A DNA stretch of 64,000 bases from a virus. Made by a program: the position numbers and the translations under genes. Shown in pieces: positions 25,260 to 34,200 of this stretch. How positions within the stretch are numbered: the stretch's first letter is position 1; every line of letters starts with the position of its first letter. The notes under the pieces are model-generated. The model did no database searches. It was given only the letters and a program-made list of their open reading frames with translations, and had not been told where the DNA came from. Where the stretch lies: positions 50,595 through 114,594 of IMG/VR virus record IMGVR_UViG_3300049259_000177; one strand, written 5' to 3'.

Positions 25260-27162
25260 TCACACGGCTCGGAGGTTGCCCCGACGGCCCGTTGCCGGGC
25301 GTGAGGCGCTCTCCTGCCAGTCCTCGGCGAGCGGGCCGGGGTCCAGCACCTTGCGAGCACGAGTAACGGCGACGTAGCGCAGCCGCAGTTCTTCCGGTGA
25401 CGGTTCCTTGACCTCGCCGTCCTTGCCGGGCTTGGCCTCGAAGTCGTCGCCGATGCGGACGTTCTCCCACTCCCTGCCCTTCGCTTTGTGCGCGGTGGAG
25501 ACGATCAGCGTGGCCGACGCCTCGGTGACGGCGCCGTCGAGCACGCCGAGCAGAGTCGGGCAGGAGAACTCGTTGATGAGCCGGACGAGGACCGCGAGGT
25601 CACTGCCGTCCGGGTCGCTGTCGACGTACTCCTCGACCATCGACCACGAGGTGAACAGGCTCAACTCGGGGAACGTCGTCGAGCCGTTGTCGATCAACTC
25701 CTGCGCGCCACGGATGAAGGCGCTCATCTGCTTGCCGCCGCCGACGAGGTGCACCGACGTGCCGTCGCGCTGCGCGTCGAGCGCGACCTTGAGGGCGCCC
25801 GCGTTGGTCCGGCACAGCACCGCGTCCGGCTTGTCGAGCGCGGCGACGGTGGAGAGGATCTGCGTGGTGCCCTTGATTCGCAGCGGGGTGTCCAACTGCG
25901 ACAGGAAGCGGTTGGCCTCGGTGGCGATCGCCGGGCCGAAGCGGAACGACTGCGAGAGGTAGAGCACCTCGACGCCGGGCTCGCGGGAGAAGATCCCCAT
26001 CGCGTCGATCGCGCCGCGCCACTCGTAGATGGCCTGGGCGCGGTCGCCGACGAAGACGCGCTGGCAGTGGGTCTGGCGGGCGACAACGCTCGCGATGACC
26101 GGGTCGGCGTCCTGCGCCTCGTCGAACAGGATGAAGTCGACGTCGAGGCGCGGGTTGCTCAACTGCCACATCTCCCTGCGACTCGGCGCGGCGACGGATG
26201 CCGAGCGTGTTGCCCTGCGTGCGCGTACGCCAGGTGGTCCGTCCGATCCGGTAGTCGTCCCCCCGTCGGGCGAGGTACACGACGTGGTTGCCGTCGGTCA
26301 GGTCGGCGTCGAGGCGCACCACGCACCGGTGTTCGGCCGTGTATGCGCTCGTGCGCCCGCGAGAGGTCGTCGCCCGCACGAGATCGCCGTCGTAGTGGCG
26401 CTGGCCGACCGCTGTGACCTTGCGGCCCTGACGGCGGATGGAACCGAGCCTGCTCGCAGCCGGGGTCCACGACATCACGTAGTCGCCTTCGCGGAGCGTC
26501 TCGATGGGCACCTCCTCGAACGACGAGCCGAGGTGGCCGCCACGGCTCACCACGCGGCGTACGAGCGTCCCGGTGGGCTGGCAGTCGTGTTGGAAGCGCA
26601 GTTGACCGTCGGTGTCGTTCAGGTCGGCCCACGCCTTGCGGGCGAACGGGACAAGGTGGCGGGCGAGTTCGCGGTGGTTGGCGCCACGACGTTTGGTGAC
26701 CTCGCCTTCGAGGCCCTCGATGAATGGCATGTGCGTGACGTCGATCTCGCGGTCGGCGGAGGAGCAGAACCGGGCGACCATCTGCATCGTGTAACGGGCG
26801 AGCACGTCCTTGGTGACGGTCTTCTCGCCGACCCGGATGCCCTCGTTGATGCCGATGATCTTCGCGGCTTGCCAGGCAGGGACGCGGGCGTTGGAGCGCA
26901 GCCGATGGGCGTAGGTGCGGCCGACTGCCTTCATCGCGTAGGAGTGGGCCGTCCCGCAGACCATGTTCGAGGGGAAGGTCTGCTTCGCCTCACCGGCGAT
27001 CGCGGCGTTGTAGGCGATGTACATGCCTCGGCGGCTCGGGGTAGCGCTCGCCATCAGTTTCAGTGTCGAGGTCTTTCCGGTGCCTGCACCGGCCTCCACG
27101 ACGATGTTCTTGCGAGCGCGGAAGGCATCAACGATGGCCTGCTGCTCGGTGGTCGGGTTCAT
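25260..27162 (-). pseudogene. UvrD/Rep-like SF1 helicase split by a truncated intein and a frameshift
   Basis: N-part: PTTEQQAI, AGAGTGKT, TAHS. C-part, in another frame: ILFDEAQD, VGD.AQAIYEWRGA, LSQSFRFG, STAHKAKGREW, YVAVTRA. Confidence 0.85.
26172..26583 (-). mobile_element. N-terminal fragment of an intein (C-terminal half missing)
   Basis: HD|CQPTGTLV...VPIETLREGDYVMSW...YTAEHRC (blocks A and B). No terminal HN; the frame breaks at 26172. Confidence 0.8.
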
Positions 27163-27180
27163 TGCCCTGTCTCCTGTCCG

Positions 27181-27236
27181 GCGGGTCGCTCTCCCGCACA
27201 ACCAAGACCGTACACCCGCTTAGCGTGAGAGCGCAA
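27181..27236 (-). promoter_or_regulatory. Early-type promoter with operator and hairpin (UvrD)
   Basis: TTGCGC-N5-CGCTAAGCGGGTG-TACGGT, then GCGGG-AGAGCGA-CCCGC. Confidence 0.75.
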
Positions 27237-27304
27237 GCGGAACGGCTTGAATCCGCCAGGGCCGAGTTTTACTCGGGACGGAGGACAGTTTTATTGCGCT
27301 CGAC

Positions 27305-27553
27305 TCAGGCGAAGTCGATTGTGTCCAGCGTTGAGGTGGGCACTTCCTGACCGTTCGCGTACTTGAGCCGCCTACCGGTACCCGCACTGGCCTCGCCAGG
27401 CGCAAGCGAGGTGTCGGTCGACTTCGGATAGTCGAAGTCCTCGTAGACCGCCTCGGTGAACTTCACTGGCTGGTCGACCGGAACGGCCTCCGTGAGCGCA
27501 TCGAGCGCAGCCCGGTCGGCGATCTCAGTGCCGTCTTCTCGGTACAGCGCCAC
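27305..27553 (-). CDS. Small late protein, paralog of the N-domain of the IPT/TIG protein
   Basis: GAAAGGAG RBS, GTG 27553, late-type promoter. MALYREDG..IADRAALDAL...VYED...LKY.NGQ.V.TS.LD. Confidence 0.7.
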   Translation of the reverse strand: MALYREDGTEIADRAALDALTEAVPVDQPVKFTEAVYEDFDYPKSTDTSLAPGEASAGTGRRLKYANGQEVPTSTLDTIDFA

Positions 27554-27623
27554 GGCGCCGCTCCTTTCGGTCGGGGTGCTACGACCTAGCATGCTACGGA
27601 GCGTCGGCCCTACGGTCGCGCCG

Positions 27624-27932
27624 TCAGTATTCGGCGCCGACGATCGACGGCGGAACCACCTCAGGCGCGTCCCCGTCGACGGCGGTGACCGTGGTGAGCC
27701 CGTGCAGTGCGGCGAGCACGCTCTCGCCGTCGGAGCAGTCGAGGTCGTAGAACGGGCCCGTCGGCGTGGCGGCCACCCGGGAGCCGTCATGCGCACGCAG
27801 CAAGGTGACCACCGGCACGGAGCCGTACACAGCACCGACGCTGCTCGGGTCGGTGTCGCTGCTGGCGAGGTCAGCCGGGTCGACGACAACGGTGTAGGGC
27901 ACGTCGTCGAGCACACCCTGGACACTGAACAC
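27624..27932 (-). CDS. Hypothetical acidic protein
   Basis: AGGAGG RBS before GTG 27932; 102 aa. Confidence 0.65.
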   Translation of the reverse strand: MFSVQGVLDDVPYTVVVDPADLASSDTDPSSVGAVYGSVPVVTLLRAHDGSRVAATPTGPFYDLDCSDGESVLAALHGLTTVTAVDGDAPEVVPPSIVGAEY

Positions 27933-28012
27933 GTCGACCTCCTGACCCGGGGTTACGCAGTTACGCCGTCGGTTACGCCGTAACCCGGACCATACCCGCA
28001 CTCGGCGGCGCA

Positions 28013-28225
28013 TCACGCCCCCCGGAGACGCCGCGCCTCTGCAAGCAGCGCGGGTGGAGCGGCGGAGCCGAACGGGAGGTCGAGGACGCGCGCAGCAGCG
28101 GTGGCCTGGTCTACGCCGAGTGCGCGGGCCAGGTCGTCGAGGGTGGCTACTGGGCCACCGCCGGGCAGTCGCACGTCCCAGGACAGTGTCTTGATCCAGT
28201 CCTCGTTGCCCGTGGATTGCGTCAT
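28013..28225 (-). CDS. Small protein coupled to the MuF giant (candidate immunity protein)
   Basis: ATGA overlap with the 28222 stop; 70 aa, MTQSTGNEDWIKTLSWD. Confidence 0.6.
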   Translation of the reverse strand: MTQSTGNEDWIKTLSWDVRLPGGGPVATLDDLARALGVDQATAAARVLDLPFGSAAPPALLAEARRLRGA

Positions 28226-31200
28226 GCCGCCACCCGCAAGCGGGGGGTGCGTTCGTCGCCCGACTGGTTCCACGCGCTGACCCGCCATTCACCCGGTCCG
28301 GCAAGCACGACGAACTCGCTCGCCGTCAGGTCACCCATGCCTGAGCGCGGCATCGACAGGATGCGCGTGGCGGGCACTGTTCCCGCCAGCACCACGCCGA
28401 CCCCCTCCGAGGTGTCTGCGAACTGCTGGGCGGCGCCACGATCCGCCGAGAACGACGACAACGGACGCATGTCGATGCTTGTCGTGGTCCCGTGTGTTGC
28501 CCACACCGGGGCGGGGGGAAAGTCTTCCTCGGGCACGTCGGCTGGGTCCGAGAAGTGCATCCCGCGATACAGGGTCACCTGTGTGATGCCCGCTGCCGCC
28601 AAGCGAGCCTGCGTCTCCTCGTACTGCGCGCGGAGGAAGGTGCGCAGAACCGCCTCACGCTCTGCCTTGATTGCGTCGACCCTGGTTCGCACATCGGCAC
28701 CTAGTGTCCACGGCGCCGCTCCCGGTAGGCCGAACTCGTCGACCGCAATCTCCTGCAACGCGAGGGCGTCCGCGTCGCTGTCGTTGGAGGTCATCGACCA
28801 GCGCTGGACCAGCCTCGACACGGCATCGCGCCGTAGGGCGGTGCGGACGGTTTCATCGCCCGGCTCGAACTCGCCTGCGGCGTCGGAAAAGAACTCGACT
28901 GTGCCGTCGTCAGCGGTCTCGCTGGACCAGCGCGAGCCGCTAAGGCTGGCGACCGTGTCCTGGCCCAGCAGGGACGCGTCCGGCACGGTCACCATCCGGG
29001 CGGCGATGGCCGCATACACCTCCGTCTTGGCCTGGGTGCGCGCTTGCTCGCCATCCGGGCTGAGGTTCAGGTCGGCCGGATGCGCCGCTGTTCCGAGACC
29101 GGACGATAGAAGTGCCTGCACCGAGGGATCGAGCGGTGCGCCCATACCGATGTAGTCGACCGGAACGGCGACTGCCGGTTCGACCGATCCCGGCGTTGCC
29201 CCCGGCCGGTTAGGGCCGGGGGCCGCTGCTAAAGGGGTTGCAGCACCGCCTCCGGTGACTGCGAACGAACCGCCGAGGTCGCTCGTGATGCGGACCTCGC
29301 CGTACTGGCCGGTGACGGTGCGCGCTCCGGCGACCCCCCGGCTCTTGCTTGGCGGGTTCGAGTCGCGGCCAAGGCTCGCGAGGGTGCCGAACATGAAGTT
29401 GCGCATGTCCTCGTCGAGATAATCGCTTCCGCCGAACAGCGATTCGATGCCAGTAGTGAACACCTCGTGCGCGTCGCCCCGGCCGTAGTCCTTGCCGGTG
29501 TAGTGGCTCTTGAACTTGTCCTTGCGGCCGACTTCCTTCGGGCCCGAGTAGATCCGCGATACGGTCTCGCGGCTGCGGGCCCCGACCGCCCCGGTGGAGG
29601 TCCGCGACCACAGGAACGCATCCTCGGCAGCGACGAGGCCGGGCACGACCCGCTCCATGTGGTGCCCGAGTTCGTGCACCGCGACCTTATTCTTCTCGTC
29701 CGGACTGCCGCCGGAAATGGCGATCTCACGCGTGGCGACGGCGTAATGGCCGCGCGCGGTACCACGTACCTTGAACGCGCCGAGAGACCGCGCTCGCTCG
29801 GCGGTCAACCAGTCGCTCGGGTACCACTGCTCGGCCCACCGCAGTGCTTTCACGCTCTGCGCACGCTCGCCGGTCGAGTAGGCCATGCCGCCGCCGGGCG
29901 GCGTGCCGACCGGCCGGATCTCGCGCAGCACGTCACGCGCCGCGTTGGCGCGTGCCTCACGGATGCGGACCTTAGCCTCCTCGCGCTGGCCGCGTGTCGT
30001 CATCCACATCTCGCGCTGAGCCTCACGGCGGCGGTTCAAGCCTTCGAGCGCGCCGCCGGGCTCCTCGGCGGCGACAAGCGCGTCGCGCATCTCGTTGCTG
30101 ATCGCGGTGAGCCGCTGATATTCGGCAACGTCGTCACGTGAATCGGCGCCGGTGCGCGAGGACTGGTCGATGAAGTGCCGCAACAGCGAGACGCGGTTGC
30201 GCAGGTTCCGTTCGTCCGGCGCACCGGAGATCTCGGATCCACGTCCCTCGTCCCAGGCACGGTCGAGGAACGGCTGGGCGACCTGCTTGCGGACATCGCG
30301 TGCGTCGCGGTCGAGTTGCGTCATCGACTTGTACGCCGCGTCGCTCTGCTGGTCGAGGCCCTCGATGTAGCGCTCCGGGTTTCCGCCCATATCCGGCAGT
30401 GCTTCGGCGAGACGGCGACCGTACTCCTCCTGCATCGCGGCGCCGACCTGGCGCAGTGCATGCAAGTGACGCATCGCCGTCTCGCCCGGGCCGTCATCGG
30501 CGGCGCGGTCGGCTACATGCTGGTTCTCGGTGATGATCTCCGGAGTCTTGCCCGCTTCGAGGTCGGCGAGGGTGAAGTCACCGAGGGTCGAGACCTGCAT
30601 CTCGCGCTGGCCGAACTTGTCCGGGTCGGACGGCAGCATCGCCTGCCATGCGGCGACGCGATCCTTCCAGTCCCCGCCGGGTTCCGGAAGTGCCTCGTCC
30701 GGCTTGTTCGCGTCGATGCGGTCACCACCACCTGCGAGATGATCCGCCGCCTCGTTCGTCAACTGCTGCGCGCGCCCGTCGATGATGTCCTGCGCGCGCG
30801 AGTCGGGCCCGGTCGCCATCCGGTCGAACAGTGCGCCGAGGCTCTCGGAGTACAGCGGCGAGTTCGTGCCCGCGACCGTCGTCTTCGAGCGCATCTCGGC
30901 AAGGGAGTCGGTGAGCGCGTTGCGGTACGCCTCGCGCACCATCGTGTCGGCGTTCTTGCGTAGCGACGCGGTGCGGCCCGCGTCCTGGCCGAAGGACTGC
31001 CCGGCGATGACGGCCGCCGCCCAGCGCGGCGACGGCTGGAAGTCGCCCTGCTGGACGAGCCGCGCGAGCGGGACGCCGTCCCACTTGTTCGCGAGAGTCG
31101 GCAGCGCGCCGCCGGACTTACCGAGATCGCTGTCGAGATGCGTCTTGAACTTCTCTAGTGCTTCCCGCCGGGCACTGAGTAGCGCATTGCGTACGCGCTG

Positions 31201-34200
31201 CTCGGCGGCCGCTCGCTCCTCGTCGGTTGGCACGTAGGTGAAGGTGCCGACATTCGCGCTCTTGAGTGCCGTCTTCGCGCGTGCAAGCGGCAGCATCGCC
31301 TCGGTGTAGTCGACCGTCGGCGGATTGCTCCGGATCTGCTCCATGACGCGGCCGACCATCTGGTGGTCGGCTTCGCCATCTAGCGGCTTCGCATCGGCGA
31401 GCGCGTTGCGGATCACGTCGTACTGGCGCGTCAACGCTTCGGAGACTATCGACTTGCTGCGGTCACCGAGCGAGTTGGCGATCGCGCGTCGCGTCGCGGA
31501 GTCGAGGTTGATGCTGCGTGGGGTCAGTTCGGAGTTCAGGTCATTGACGGCGTAGCCGTATCCGTTGACGGCAGTGCGGCGGTCACGGTGCTGTGCATCA
31601 AAGACGGCATCGAGAATCCAGCCACGGCCGTTGCCTTGCGCGAGGCTGATGTCGGTGAGCATCGCGGCACGCTGGTCGTTGAGCGCGCGGGCGATCGCCA
31701 TTGCCATGATGTTTGCGGAGCGGTGCGTCTCGCCGTCCTGGCGTTGCTGTTCCAACGCCTCAGCGGCACCGGGTTCGCGCGAGAGTAGTACCGGCTTGAC
31801 GTCGCCGTCGTAGACCGTGTGGGTGTACCACGCTCGCTGGCCGTCCTCTTGTAGACCGATCTCGGTGCCCGCGATGCTCTTGCCGGTGCCCTCGTCGAAG
31901 CCCTCCGTCGGTGAGACGTTGTGCACGGTGCCGACGAACTCCTGGCCGGTCGTCGAGTTGGTGATGCGGATGCGGTCGCCGACCTGGATCTCGTTGTGGT
32001 TGATCGCCTTCTCGCCCTGGCTCTTGTCGGGCTTCTCATCGACGATCGGCTTGGGGTCCGGCGGCTGCGGGTGAATCCATACCGACCGGCCGCCCACGTA
32101 GTTGTCGGCGCGTATACCGTCGGCGGTCTCGACGTGCACCTCGATGGCGCCCCTGATGGCACCGACATTGCGGCTGCGCCGGACACGCACCACCTTGCCT
32201 GTGACGTCAAGGCTAGACGGGTCGACACCGAGCGCCTTCGCGGTCGCCTCACTGCCCGGGATGGTGACGTACATGCCCGCGCTTATCTGCGAGATCGTGC
32301 CGAGTTGCGACTTCGAGTCATCGGCCGTCGGATCGCCCTCGACCGGGTCGGGCTGGACCGTGGGGTCCTCGGCCGGGCCTGCGTCGACGGCGAGGTTAGT
32401 GCCGCGCATCACCGACACGTTGTGCGCGCGCCCGGCCGCGTCCGTGACGGCGAAGTTGACGATACGTCCGCCCTGAGAGCGCGTGGTCTCGGTTACCTTG
32501 CCGTAGACGTCACCGAAGCGAGCCCACTGCCCGGCCTGCACATCGTGTGCGCGAGTGCCTTGCCCGCCGCCGTGCAGCAGGTGGTTGTCGAGCGCGTCGA
32601 AGGACAGTGCGGCGCGGTTGAGCGCACCGGCGCGACGCGTGCCGGACCGTTGCGCCTCGTCGCGCAACGCGGCAGCCATTGCCTGTGCCTCGTTGCGGTT
32701 GAGCGACTGGTAGTTCAGCAACTTGTGTGCCGCGTTCCGCACCTGCGGGTCGGCGTGCGTCTTGTGCAGTTCGTAGCCGTGGATCATTCGGCGCTGGTAG
32801 GTGCGCAGCGCGACGCGCCCGGTCGGCTGCGGCCCGGGCGGGGCGGGCGTGAACGGCTGTACCTCGATGGCAGTGCCGAATGGCATCGTCTCCTCTTCGG
32901 CCGCGCCCTGGCGGCGGTAGGTGAGGTTGACGATGTCGCCGTTCTCGCCGTACGGCTCGGCGTTGGCGATCGTGACCGGCGTCGGCTGGCCGAGCGGCAG
33001 CATGACGGTGTCGCCCGCCTGCAACTCCCCTACCGTTCCGGGCTGGCGCGGCCCGGGCGACGGCTGCGGGTTCGGTCGCCGGTCGATCTCCGCCGGGGTG
33101 ACCAGCATCGTTGGGTCGGCGTACAGCGAGTCCTTCGTGCCATCCGGGTGTGTGTAGTCGACGCGGATCATGTCGGGCTCGTCATCGTCGCGGCCGACCG
33201 CGTCGACGTGCGCAGCGACGTCGCCCTGCGGGCCGGGTAGCATGACGTGGTCCCCCGCCTTGAGGTCGCGAATCGCGACGTCAGCCGGGGGTGCCGACAT
33301 GACGGGTGCGTCGTCGCCAGGCTCGGAGACGACCGACAGGCCACTCGCGTCGAGGGTGTGCCAGTTGTCGCCGCCGTCAGGCGAGTAGTAGAGAGTTTGC
33401 AGGCTCAGCGTCGTGCCGTCCTGCAAGACCCCGTAGTCGTCGAAGATGTGCTGCGGCTCGACGTGGTTGTCCGGCGCGACCTCGTCGGCGACGAGGATGA
33501 GACCCGCCTGCGACCCAAGTTCGTCGAGTCGCGAGTCTTCCCCGAGTGAGTCTTCGTGCGCCAGGTTCTCGTCGGTGTAGGCGAACGAGTCGGCGGAGTC
33601 CTCGGGGTTGTGGGTGTCCGCATCGGCCCAGTAGCGCCCGGCCTGGCCGCCGAGGATGCCGTGAACGATCTCGTCGGCGGTGATGTCACCGTTGAGCATC
33701 CGGCGTGCGTACTCCGGCGGGACGTTGATGACCATGCCCCGGTTGAGGGTGCCCGGTGGGTAGCGGTCGGGCAGCACGTTCGTCGGCGTTCCTGGCACGT
33801 CAGTCTGTGGGGCCGGAGTGCTGGCCGGAACGGACTGCGGGCCACCGAAGCCGAACTCGTTGATGTCATTGCCGTCCCAGCGGATGTCACCGGCCCGCAC
33901 TCGCGTGCTGTAGACCGGCCAATCGTTCGCTGGGTTGTCGTCGTTGATGGCGTGCTGCTGGGCATAGGTCTGAGACAGTGTGACCCAGTCGCCCGGGTTG
34001 ATGTGCGTGACGCCCGGAGGCGCAGCGCGGTAGATGGTGACCAGCGCTTCCGGATTGCCGCGTGCGGCGCGAATCGCGGCCTCGGACTCGTCGTCGTAAC
34101 CCATCTCCGGGTCGCCGTACTTGTGGAAGTGCATGTTGTCGTAGAAGTCGGCACTCGTGACCATGCCTCCGCCGGAGTCGGTGGCGAGCAGGTTGTCCAG

